Sequence record: NC_042060.1
DNA: 64,000 bases
Strand: one strand, 5' to 3'
Position 1 is the stretch's first letter. The number at the start of each line of letters is the position of its first letter. The translations under genes and the position numbers were made by a program. The notes below the pieces were generated by a model that did no database searches, was not told where the DNA came from, and worked only from the letters and a program-made list of their open reading frames with translations. Below are positions 13,231 to 26,469 of this stretch, one piece after another.

Positions 13231-14162
13231 TAGTGACCAAGAGATAGTAGATCACGATGGTTAGCAAAGAACTCAGATGCGCGATCTTGGATCATACCTA
13301 GGCGATAGTTATAATCAGAGATACGAATTTCATACTCTTTAATAAGCTTCTGTAGGCGTGCATCCACTTTACCATTACTTTGCATTTCCCGCATTTCTTG
13401 TAAACGTAGTTGAAGTGCAAGGAATTCTTGCTCAGCTTCTTTAAAACGTTCAACCTGATACTCAGCTAAGAACTTGCCAAATAGCACGAACGGGTTCTGA
13501 CGAGGTGAGAAGCCATCCATGTTAAGTGGATCACGTTGAGCTATAGAGAGAGCACTCACAGCTACATCATAAGTACCTTCATTGACTTCAGCACTAGATG
13601 CACGACTTAAGCGTTGTTTCAGTTCATTAGTCTTAAGACTCATTGCTGGATACAGAGTAATGAATTGCGCCATATTAGTGTATAGCCATTCTTTCTCAGC
13701 ACGAGATGATTTTAATTCTGTAGCCTTACCTAATTTCATTGCTTCTTGTGCAATTAGATTTAGTAGTAGTTTACGGCCATAACGAATATAGAAACTAAGA
13801 CCATCAACAAAACGTAACATGTTTGCACGGTCAAAGGTTAGATTAGAGTTAGTAAACTGAATAGCAAATAAACGCCGGATTTCGCTTTCGATCATATCAA
13901 AGCTACCACGAATATTTGAAAGAGTATCCAGTACTAGTTTAATCGGTTCAGTATTAAAACTAATCGCTCGCCGTAGTTCAGTAGATAACCGCATACCTAA
14001 ATCTGATTTAAGTTGCATATTACCAAATACTTCACCTACATCGTCAATAATTGGTGCGAGAGTTGCATCATATTCTTCACGTAATGAACGGATTTGATTT
14101 AATAGTTCACGACGTTCAGTAACTGGTGCGAGTTCACGTACATAATCAATAATTCTCATCAC
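13230..14162 (-). CDS. Inner-body/head protein (gp90-like), 310 aa
   Basis: Helical, coiled-coil-like C-terminus; synteny. Confidence 0.7.
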   Translation of the reverse strand: MMRIIDYVRELAPVTERRELLNQIRSLREEYDATLAPIIDDVGEVFGNMQLKSDLGMRLSTELRRAISFNTEPIKLVLDTLSNIRGSFDMIESEIRRLFAIQFTNSNLTFDRANMLRFVDGLSFYIRYGRKLLLNLIAQEAMKLGKATELKSSRAEKEWLYTNMAQFITLYPAMSLKTNELKQRLSRASSAEVNEGTYDVAVSALSIAQRDPLNMDGFSPRQNPFVLFGKFLAEYQVERFKEAEQEFLALQLRLQEMREMQSNGKVDARLQKLIKEYEIRISDYNYRLGMIQDRASEFFANHRDLLSLGH

Positions 14163-14169
14163 TCAGTCC

Positions 14170-15333
14170 TTAAATATTGGTAGACATGGTTTTATTCATC
14201 ATTTTAAAGATCTCAGTGATATCCGGACCTTTATTCTTTTCAGCCATTTTAATTTCATCAAGTCGGTGAGATGTAGATAGATCAACCCCACGATGATAAA
14301 TAGTTACTCGCTCATAACGGTCATCAATAACAACAAGCATCATTAGATAGCTATTGTCAAAGATCTTTTGCCGAGTGGCGAAATCATCAATACGACCATA
14401 AAGAGAATTAGAAGCAGCTTTAAGAGTTGAAGTTGATACAATCGCGATATTTGATGCATCTGCTAATGAAACCGTACCACTGCGAACTGATTGTTTCCAG
14501 TTGTTACGGCGGCGATCGGTGATTTGTTTATAAACACCTGATTTATCATTCATTAGAATGCGATAATGTTCATCGATCATATCTTGACCTAGAACGAAGT
14601 CACGCCAGAATTTAATTTGACCAGTTTTTACTAGAAATAGGCGATGTAGCCAAGTATCTCGTCCACCAGCACTAAAGATGTGCGCAATAATCTGAGGACT
14701 AACAGCGGCTGGAATTAAACGGATCATAACAGGAATTTTAGCTTTCTGCTTTCCTGATTTAACATCAACGTTAACCAGCTTACCAACGGCAAGGTTTTCA
14801 ACTTCATAAATCTTTTGTGTATCACCACTAGAAATACTTTGTGCACTTGTACTTTCGTCATTCGCTTCCATTGAAGCTACCCAACGCTCATGTGAGTGTT
14901 CAGCGACGATATTTGGTAAATGCACAGGCTTCTCAAAAGACTCTAATGAAGGAAGACCATCAGAATACTCTTCGGCAGAGAATACACTAGTGCGAGTTAC
15001 ACCTGTACGGTTAGGATTAATAGTATCGAATACTTTTAAAGTATCAATCTTATCCACACCTAGAAGCATATTAACAGCTTGTAGATAATAACCAGTAAAA
15101 GACGATGAAACAAATTTCATAACGTCTTTCATGTAAGGTTGATCAACTAAGGTTTGGTCTACGATGACCAATGGTTCAACACGAGTTGGACGTGCTAGAT
15201 CGGTTAGAGAAGAAATCTCTACACCATTTTTAGTGGCTTGTAGGACAGTCTGCATTAGACCACGTACACCTTGATCAGCAGCAACAGTCATCAGAGCAGA
15301 ACTTACTGCTCCGGCGATTACAGGTAATGGCAT
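14170..15333 (-). CDS. Inner-body/head protein (gp89-like), 387 aa
   Basis: PSLE and ASME processing motifs; first gene of the head operon; synteny. Confidence 0.7.
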   Translation of the reverse strand: MPLPVIAGAVSSALMTVAADQGVRGLMQTVLQATKNGVEISSLTDLARPTRVEPLVIVDQTLVDQPYMKDVMKFVSSSFTGYYLQAVNMLLGVDKIDTLKVFDTINPNRTGVTRTSVFSAEEYSDGLPSLESFEKPVHLPNIVAEHSHERWVASMEANDESTSAQSISSGDTQKIYEVENLAVGKLVNVDVKSGKQKAKIPVMIRLIPAAVSPQIIAHIFSAGGRDTWLHRLFLVKTGQIKFWRDFVLGQDMIDEHYRILMNDKSGVYKQITDRRRNNWKQSVRSGTVSLADASNIAIVSTSTLKAASNSLYGRIDDFATRQKIFDNSYLMMLVVIDDRYERVTIYHRGVDLSTSHRLDEIKMAEKNKGPDITEIFKMMNKTMSTNI

Positions 15334-15369
15334 TTTTCTCTTCCTATATGGGTTTGCAGAGAGTTATAA

Positions 15370-19341
<3,972 letters not shown>

Positions 19342-19344
19342 GGT

Positions 19345-19375
19345 CATAAGCCCTCCCCTAGGGGAGGGCATTATG
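19345..19375. terminator. Bidirectional terminator between convergent genes
   Basis: GCCCTCCCC-TA-GGGGAGGGC perfect inverted repeat, flanked by CATAA and TTATG. Confidence 0.85.
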
Positions 19376-19382
19376 TTGTATT

Positions 19383-20672
19383 TTACATTGCATAACCACG
19401 TTTAAAGTCATCAATGACTTTATCAAATCGACGCTGCCATTCGCGAATAGCATCATTGAAGCCATGGATCTTATAATCTTCACTAACTACTTGTGCACAC
19501 TTACCATAATAGTTAAGTACGCAGCTAGCTGCTAGATATTGTGCTTGAGAATATTCAAACATCGTATCAGTAATACGACGCATACCTTCAAGGGAGGTAT
19601 TAATTAATTGAACAGACTCACCAATAGCATCAATAGTTTCTTGACTATAGTTACGTGATAGTTGCTTTAATTTACGTAAAGCATCACTACTATTGCGATA
19701 TGCTTTTAACAAATCATCAAGTGGTGCGACAAAACGATCTTTTAATAGATGTGAGTTTTTCCAGAAATTCTTATCGGGGAAATCTGGAATGCTTGAACGA
19801 TCAGGATATACTGTAGATAGTTCATTGCACCGGGTAGCTAGTTTACCAATCTCACGGATGTTGACAATAGGCATAAGTGCACGATAATCATCACCATTGT
19901 AATTAACATATTCAATGATAGTGCCAACTAGCTTTTCCATTGTACCTAGTTCAGTACGTGCTTCATTATTAATATTAATGATTTCTTTCTGGTAGTATAC
20001 ACTACCAAATGCAGCAGCATATACACGACTAGCTAGGATTTTAGGATCATCAATGATTGATTGTGCAATTGCATCAAACTTTTCTAGTAATGCATCCTTT
20101 CGATTACCTAATCGATTTTTAACTAGTAACTCTTGAAAGAGAGTACGTGCTTGATCAACTGCCCGGACAATCTTTCCATAACGAGTTGCTACAACAACAT
20201 CACGCTTCTTAAAATCACTAATCCAACGCATCAGCTTAGCAAATAGTTCCATTAGTTTCTCAAACCAAGTCTTAAGAGTATTAATGATGGTAGCCATCAC
20301 TGCCTCTTGAGAAATAGTCACATTAAGAGTACTACGGGTTGGTGTAAACATAGAAGCATATTGCTCAAGTGAAGCTACTGCTTTCTTAGGAGCTTCAAAC
20401 CCTTCAGTGCTCATGCGCTTAACTAATGCTCGAATACCATCAACATCTGGTTTTGATACGCCTTCAAGTTTAGTGATTGCATAAATATCAGATAGCTGAT
20501 GAATCGCTTCGACAGCTACACACATCTTAGCTAAAATTTCAGGAGCCGAGGCACTTGAAACAGTCTCTTCTTCGCCTTCAACCATCTCTGGTTGGTTCTC
20601 ATCAAAGAAAAGTTTTTCCTCTTCGACATCTACTTCTTTAACATGAGACATGGGTTTAACCTCACTCATCAA
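19383..20672 (-). CDS. Head protein (gp86-like), up to 429 aa
   Basis: Acidic N-terminus with ASLE and SQE motifs; the start may be MSHVK at ~20651 (GAGG SD). Confidence 0.65.
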   Translation of the reverse strand: MMSEVKPMSHVKEVDVEEEKLFFDENQPEMVEGEEETVSSASAPEILAKMCVAVEAIHQLSDIYAITKLEGVSKPDVDGIRALVKRMSTEGFEAPKKAVASLEQYASMFTPTRSTLNVTISQEAVMATIINTLKTWFEKLMELFAKLMRWISDFKKRDVVVATRYGKIVRAVDQARTLFQELLVKNRLGNRKDALLEKFDAIAQSIIDDPKILASRVYAAAFGSVYYQKEIININNEARTELGTMEKLVGTIIEYVNYNGDDYRALMPIVNIREIGKLATRCNELSTVYPDRSSIPDFPDKNFWKNSHLLKDRFVAPLDDLLKAYRNSSDALRKLKQLSRNYSQETIDAIGESVQLINTSLEGMRRITDTMFEYSQAQYLAASCVLNYYGKCAQVVSEDYKIHGFNDAIREWQRRFDKVIDDFKRGYAM

Positions 20673-21111
20673 TACTACCGATTAATTGATTTAATGCATT
20701 ACCCATGTCTGCTTGGATACGGTTATAATCTGGGCCATTAACAACGGCAGAGACAATATTGATATCATCGACAGTTAGATAATCATTAGCGGTATCAGAT
20801 GTCAGTACAGCTTTGACAAGACATGGATCAGTAATACCGTTGATAAGACTTTGGCGAATGCGAAGAATATTGTTAAAATAGGTTACGGCTAGTTTAGTAT
20901 CAACTGCAATATTCTCATTAACTTTACTTAAGATTTTCTTAAATTTAGCAACAGCTTTATCCTGTTGTTCATTGAAATCAAGTAAAATCTCAAATGGAAT
21001 CTGTAATGCCACCGCATTAGCTAGGAGCATTGCGCGGGTTTTACGATCAGAACCACCTAAGTTAGGCAGTTGCTTTAGAATACGGGAAAGTTCAAAACCT
21101 AATTGTTGCAT
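20662..21111 (-). CDS. Virion protein (gp85-like), 149 aa
   Basis: ORF coupled between gp84- and gp86-like genes. Confidence 0.6.
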   Translation of the reverse strand: MQQLGFELSRILKQLPNLGGSDRKTRAMLLANAVALQIPFEILLDFNEQQDKAVAKFKKILSKVNENIAVDTKLAVTYFNNILRIRQSLINGITDPCLVKAVLTSDTANDYLTVDDINIVSAVVNGPDYNRIQADMGNALNQLIGSIDE

Positions 21112-21122
21112 GATTTTTCTCT

Positions 21123-22364
21123 CTATTTAGTTAAGCGGTAGGCTCTTACAAATAAGTCATTATTTAATAGACTTTCTAAAGTATCTTCTAATTCAGTAGC
21201 CCGTTTATCTTTACGACGCTGGGGACTAAGGAAATCTAAAATTTTATCAAAAATGGTCCACTCATTAGCTAAATCATTTATCAATGAATCAATTACTTTA
21301 ATGTCATCATCAATTCCTGGTTTTAGTGATGAGTCCTTTACCCATTTAAGTTGTGCTACTAGATCTTGTTTAATTTTCATTAAACGTTGTCGTTGTTTGT
21401 CATAACGTGAACTAATTGGATCATATCCAACTTTTAAATTACCGGCAATGATACCTAGTGTAACAGGTAAACCAATGATCATAAATAGACCTTTGAATAC
21501 CTCAGCAGTAATATGGCTAGAAACAGATTTATATTCACGGTCATTATAATACCGACCTGATTTAGTTAATGCCGTTGCCAGTGGCCTTCCATAACCTAAT
21601 CGAGTGGCGAATAAATCAGCTAATTGTTCATCGCGTTTACGTGATTGAACATCACCAGTTAAATGCGGACGTTGCGCTTTCTTAAATGATGATAGAATGA
21701 CTTTACGAATATTTCCTTCAGTCCTATCATTAGCAAACTTCTCATAATCGGCTGGATCAACGTTTTTCTTTAACCATGTTTCATCCAATAATTGAATCTT
21801 ATACTTATTAGCTTTCCTACCCTGTAAGATAAGTATACCTTCAGTAAGTGCATAGTTAAGATAGACGTAGTCACCCATTGTAGCCAGTGTTTCCCAACAA
21901 TGCCCAATTTCATGTAATGTAATGGCAGTAGCTTCTGCTATACTAACACGGTTAATAGCCGATAATAAACCAATAGATAAACCGACCTTGTATTTAAAAG
22001 TTGAAACAGCCTCACCCGTAACTTTTAAATTTGTTAAATCAATATTAATGAATGTATTGACACCTTGCTCAGTTGCTAAAGTAACTCGATTAATATTGTC
22101 AAATTTACTACCAGTATGTCCAACTGTAAAGGATGTGTATGCACCACCCATTATACCCTGATCATCCAGGTGTGTAAACTCTATATTCATATTGAGGATC
22201 TTAGAAACATCATCACTCAGTGACCTAAAATCATTAATATCTATTCTCTGTTGATTATCTAATTTATCACGAATCTTGGTTAGATGTTCTTCGATCAATG
22301 GACCTAAGTCACGCTTAACATTCACATCTAACACTTCATTAGAGATTTCTATCGTATGTAGCAT
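21123..22364 (-). CDS. Virion protein (gp84-like) with zincin/M48-like metallopeptidase motifs, 413 aa
   Basis: TITLHEIGHC (HExxH) and downstream DEQLADLFATRLGYGRPLATALTK. Confidence 0.6.
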   Translation of the reverse strand: MLHTIEISNEVLDVNVKRDLGPLIEEHLTKIRDKLDNQQRIDINDFRSLSDDVSKILNMNIEFTHLDDQGIMGGAYTSFTVGHTGSKFDNINRVTLATEQGVNTFINIDLTNLKVTGEAVSTFKYKVGLSIGLLSAINRVSIAEATAITLHEIGHCWETLATMGDYVYLNYALTEGILILQGRKANKYKIQLLDETWLKKNVDPADYEKFANDRTEGNIRKVILSSFKKAQRPHLTGDVQSRKRDEQLADLFATRLGYGRPLATALTKSGRYYNDREYKSVSSHITAEVFKGLFMIIGLPVTLGIIAGNLKVGYDPISSRYDKQRQRLMKIKQDLVAQLKWVKDSSLKPGIDDDIKVIDSLINDLANEWTIFDKILDFLSPQRRKDKRATELEDTLESLLNNDLFVRAYRLTK

Positions 22365-22465
22365 TTTATATCTCTACCAGTATTAATTTATAATCATAAA
22401 GATAAGGCTGCGTTGTATAGAATTCAATCTTATGCACTACGTATTATAAAAGAGGCGCACACAAA

Positions 22466-23980
22466 ATGTTTGAGTTATTGTTGTCTTCTGGACTAACAAA
22501 TACGCCTATATATTCCGATCCTTATCCAGGTCCTAAAACACTGATAGCTGGGACAAGGGAATTAGGTTTGTATGGTGAAACAACATCTTCAGAATTATTT
22601 GGTTATGATGATGCAGCTAAATTAGTTAATATGACATTTGGAACAGTAATCAATGATGGACAACCATGGTTAAAGTTCTCTAATAAAAATGTTACTTGTT
22701 ACATACCAAAGAAACCAGCTCGTAAATCAATACAAAAATCACGGCTTAATAATGCCGGACTCCGTAATGGTGACTATGAAGTTAGATTTATGGGGAACAT
22801 TTATAAATTTGGTTTATTAACAATGGCTGGTGCCACATCAGAATGGCAAAGGTTACTTTATAATGTTCACGTATCTAATTTAAATGGTGCTAACTGGCCT
22901 TATAAATTTACAGATAATGACTTAGGTATTAACCAAGCGGTCGCTGGTGGTATTAGCACTGATGGTACTACTAACTGGGGAAGAGACCCAGGTAGTGATC
23001 CAGTTAATGACCAGCTCTATCGTGGCTACTATGCGATTGATATAACTAGCTCGTCAAGTAGTGAAACGGGTGCTGCAACCCAAGGTTGGCGTCCAGTGGT
23101 TTATGCTAGTGGTACATATCCATTCGTTAAAGATAATGTTATTAAACTTACTGATTTTGAAACTGATAACGAAATGGCAGCAGGTGCCCAAATAGGTAAC
23201 TTAGTCTATTATTACGGTGGTAAGAATAATGCTAATACTGCTCTACGTACACTGAATTTAGTCACGGGTAAGTTAACAACATTACAACCAACTGGTACGC
23301 CTATAGCAGTTAAACAATGCTCGGCTGTTGCATTTAATGGTAAAGTATATTTCTATGGTGGTGAAAGTGCCACAGATGGTGTACTTACTAAAGATATGCA
23401 GTGTTATGATCCTGCAACTAATACATGGGAAATAAAATCACCAGGCACGATAGCTTGCCGGTATGCACGTGGAACTAGTCTTAATGGGTTAATCTACATA
23501 TTAGGTGCAGCTGATACAACTGCGACAAATAATCGTGGATTTACATTAATGTACAATCCAACTACAGATACATATACCAGTGGTGCAGCATTTAATGATA
23601 CTGGGGAATATACCCAAGATTATTCAGTGAGTATTTATAATAATAGCGTATGCGTTATTGGTGGTACGGTTGGTGCTGGTGTTAATACTGGAATCATATC
23701 GTACAATCAAACCAACAATAATTGGTCCAAACCAATAACTACAGGTATACCTCTTGGTGCAGCTATTAATATACGCCCATCTGGTGAACTTTATGTAATC
23801 GCTGGTGAAAATCAAAATAACGCACCAATTAAGTATTATGAACCACGATTAGCACGATGGATAAATTTAGGTAATTTAGAAACTGGTTTAGTGGATGCAG
23901 GTTTTGCCAATACGTTTAATAATGACGGTAAGATTTATGTTCTAAACGGTAATCAGAATTTAAAATACCAAATTAGTTAA
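22466..23980 (+). CDS. Virion structural protein with C-terminal Kelch beta-propeller (gp83-like), 504 aa
   Basis: About six Kelch-like blades (VYYYGG, VYFYGG, IYILGA, VCVIGG, LYVIAG, IYVLNG) after an N-terminal domain of the phiKZ tail/fiber paralog type. Confidence 0.7.
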   Translation: MFELLLSSGLTNTPIYSDPYPGPKTLIAGTRELGLYGETTSSELFGYDDAAKLVNMTFGTVINDGQPWLKFSNKNVTCYIPKKPARKSIQKSRLNNAGLRNGDYEVRFMGNIYKFGLLTMAGATSEWQRLLYNVHVSNLNGANWPYKFTDNDLGINQAVAGGISTDGTTNWGRDPGSDPVNDQLYRGYYAIDITSSSSSETGAATQGWRPVVYASGTYPFVKDNVIKLTDFETDNEMAAGAQIGNLVYYYGGKNNANTALRTLNLVTGKLTTLQPTGTPIAVKQCSAVAFNGKVYFYGGESATDGVLTKDMQCYDPATNTWEIKSPGTIACRYARGTSLNGLIYILGAADTTATNNRGFTLMYNPTTDTYTSGAAFNDTGEYTQDYSVSIYNNSVCVIGGTVGAGVNTGIISYNQTNNNWSKPITTGIPLGAAINIRPSGELYVIAGENQNNAPIKYYEPRLARWINLGNLETGLVDAGFANTFNNDGKIYVLNGNQNLKYQIS

Positions 23981-23984
23981 CGAA

Positions 23985-24015
23985 ATAAACCCTCCCGTAA
24001 TGGGAGGGTTTTATG
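23985..24015. terminator. Bidirectional terminator
   Basis: AAACCCTCCC / GGGAGGGTTT 10-bp stem between convergent units. Confidence 0.85.
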
Positions 24016-24083
24016 ATGTGTCGAAGTTTATGTTAGCAGTAATGATCAATTGATAATATTTAATTAGGAATACCTTCCATTTT

Positions 24084-24452
24084 TTAATATCCTTCATTAA
24101 GTAGTTCTGCTAGAGCACGTGCCTGTGAAATATCAGTAGAAGCAAAAACATCAGAAAGATAGTTATCATGTTCTTTTGCATTCTGACGCAATTCATCCAT
24201 TAGATGTTTATTAGATACCGCCCATACTTTCCACAGATTTTTATAATCATCATATTTGGGATTATACCCGTCTAGTGGTGGTTTTCCTTTACCAGCTTTC
24301 CAATGGTTGGAGTATATGCGATATCCTTTACAATCTAACTGCCAAGCTTCCTCAATTGTTCTGCCATCAGGAAGCCTTGCGTAAAGAGCCGAGAATCTTT
24401 TGTCACCAACAGATGAACATTCATATCCTCCTCGGCGCTTCCACTGATATAT
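24084..24452 (-). CDS. Unannotated 122-codon ORF lacking an ATG/GTG/TTG start (ATA start or -1 frameshift extension of the DNA polymerase subunit)
   Basis: Hand translation IYQWKRRGGYECSSVGDKRFSALYARLPDGRTIEEAWQLDCKGY...ALAELLNEGY*, 369 nt without stops. It fills the whole gap to the terminator, and the in-frame stop lies just upstream of the C CCA AAG heptamer. Confidence 0.75.
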   Translation of the reverse strand: MYQWKRRGGYECSSVGDKRFSALYARLPDGRTIEEAWQLDCKGYRIYSNHWKAGKGKPPLDGYNPKYDDYKNLWKVWAVSNKHLMDELRQNAKEHDNYLSDVFASTDISQARALAELLNEGY

Positions 24453-26368
24453 TACTTTGGGTTCTTATAGGTATTAATAAACTTCTCTAGCAGGGTGTCC
24501 ATTTTAGGAGCACCCATGATCTTCTGTGTGATTTCAATAGCATTAACCCTACCACCTGTTAAGTTTACGCCAACTTCACGGCGATGGTGTTCACTAATTC
24601 CTTCCATCATTGAGAATTCCATCACACATGTTTCACGTGCAATATTTAGAATCTGACTAACGTTAGGATATGTCGACACGATGTCAAGGTCGGCGATATG
24701 ACAGAAGATTAAGGTTTTATAATTCGGTAAATCTTTAACACACTGCAATCCATTTGGACCTGCCATGTATGATGGTAGTGTAACAATCCAATCATTATGG
24801 CCAATAACATATTGATCAAGTTCATGCACCATCTGATCTGAACTTGAACCAATGACACATGGCTCTGGTCTATTCAAATACCAGAAGTGCATATCGTCAC
24901 ATAGTCGTTTTGGGTTAGAACTAAAGTTCTTATAGTCAGATGCCTTAGAGAATAGACTTATAGAGCGACCAAGGTCATTTACTTGTTCATCAAGTTGTTC
25001 TAGTCGAATGGAGTCGATGATGTTATAAAGACCATATTTGATTTTATGCTTAGTCTGCATCTCACGGTGCCAATCGATACCACCAAGATGTGCAGTTTCT
25101 TTAAAGGTTAACTTACCAAATTCCATTACATATCTAATAGAATCACCATAGGTAAAGTTATCATTTAATATAAAATCATCCACCGGTACCCATTCATTAC
25201 TACCTACATTTTTAATATATTTAGTAATAACGCCGCCTGGTCGGTCAACTAGTTGTTTATTAAAACCTTCAATAAAATCTTCTAAGTCCTTATCATTTTT
25301 AATGGTCGTGGATTTATCGATGTTTAGTTCTTTTCTAAGAATAGACTCTAACCGATAGTTAGGATCACGTCCTTTAGCTAATCGAGTTACTCGATAAGTT
25401 GACATAGAATCGATACATTGAAAACTAGAGGGTGCTGTAATCCAATGCCATTGATCCTCCGGTCCTTTAGATTTAGTGACCCCAGATGCAGTGGTGGTCA
25501 TAGGTTCATCAATCTTAAAATGGAAATACCTATAATTCTTAGGTACCGATGGATCAGAAAAAACATCAGCTGGATTAACACCATAGTGTTCTAATGTTTT
25601 TAAGATTCTACCAATGTCGAAGCTAATATTCCAGAATGCGAAGAAATCTGGTTTCCAGGTATGTAGTCGTTTAAAACATTCAATAATAATATCTACTGGT
25701 GTTTCAACAACCATTACTTCAATATCTAGACCACGTTCTTTAATTAGATGTGATAATACCTCTTCTTTTTGTGCTTGTTCTAATGTCTCTTTCACTGGAT
25801 CTTCAATATCACTAACCCATCGTTTTAAATAGGCTAAGAAAGCTTTGTTCTTATGTGTAACTGACATACAGATAATCTGACCATCGTTCTCAGCTTCATA
25901 AACGTTGGTTTCGATGTCACCGCCAGCAACAGTGTTTAGAGAGATTAGACCAGGATAACGTTCTTGATAATCATGCTTCAGATAACAGGTTGAACTAACA
26001 TCACTGCCATATAGGTAAGGACTACGCGCTAGTTGACGAAGAGATCTAGCCGAATAGTCACCTAGGATTTTACTAATCTTACGTTTCATGTCAATTTGAG
26101 TTGACATGTATTTAACTAAGTTACGCTCATATTCGTAATCTTTCTTTTCTTTATGGTTACGCATTCCTTTTGAGGTAATCCAAAAAGGACGCTGGTAGTT
26201 TTCCCACATCCTTAAATTATTTGCAGTTGTACCATCTTCAAAATGAATTCGTTCTTTAACGAAATGCGCATCTGTAAACTTACCAAATTGATCAGTACAA
26301 TAAGTAATATGTTTGGCTTCAATGCCCTTAATCTTTTTCTTATTTGTAACCTGTTGTTCATTAGACAT
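24452..26368 (-). CDS. Split family-B DNA polymerase: 3'-5' exonuclease plus motif A subunit (gp82-like), 638 aa
   Basis: ExoI GDIET, ExoII WNISFDI, ExoIII YNIIDS, and polymerase motif A DLDIVSTYPN. Confidence 0.85.
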   Translation of the reverse strand: MSNEQQVTNKKKIKGIEAKHITYCTDQFGKFTDAHFVKERIHFEDGTTANNLRMWENYQRPFWITSKGMRNHKEKKDYEYERNLVKYMSTQIDMKRKISKILGDYSARSLRQLARSPYLYGSDVSSTCYLKHDYQERYPGLISLNTVAGGDIETNVYEAENDGQIICMSVTHKNKAFLAYLKRWVSDIEDPVKETLEQAQKEEVLSHLIKERGLDIEVMVVETPVDIIIECFKRLHTWKPDFFAFWNISFDIGRILKTLEHYGVNPADVFSDPSVPKNYRYFHFKIDEPMTTTASGVTKSKGPEDQWHWITAPSSFQCIDSMSTYRVTRLAKGRDPNYRLESILRKELNIDKSTTIKNDKDLEDFIEGFNKQLVDRPGGVITKYIKNVGSNEWVPVDDFILNDNFTYGDSIRYVMEFGKLTFKETAHLGGIDWHREMQTKHKIKYGLYNIIDSIRLEQLDEQVNDLGRSISLFSKASDYKNFSSNPKRLCDDMHFWYLNRPEPCVIGSSSDQMVHELDQYVIGHNDWIVTLPSYMAGPNGLQCVKDLPNYKTLIFCHIADLDIVSTYPNVSQILNIARETCVMEFSMMEGISEHHRREVGVNLTGGRVNAIEITQKIMGAPKMDTLLEKFINTYKNPK

Positions 26369-26438
26369 TGCTATAACCTCAGCACATATTGATATTTATC
26401 TACGTACTATATTAGTGCCTAGTAAAAGTAATAATCAG

Positions 26439-26468
26439 CATAAAGCCTCCCCTAGGGGAGGCGATATG
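26439..26468. terminator. Intrinsic terminator hairpin
   Basis: GCCTCCCC-TA-GGGGAGGC, near-identical to the 19350 hairpin; CATAA and ATATG flanks. Confidence 0.8.
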
Positions 26469-26469
26469 T

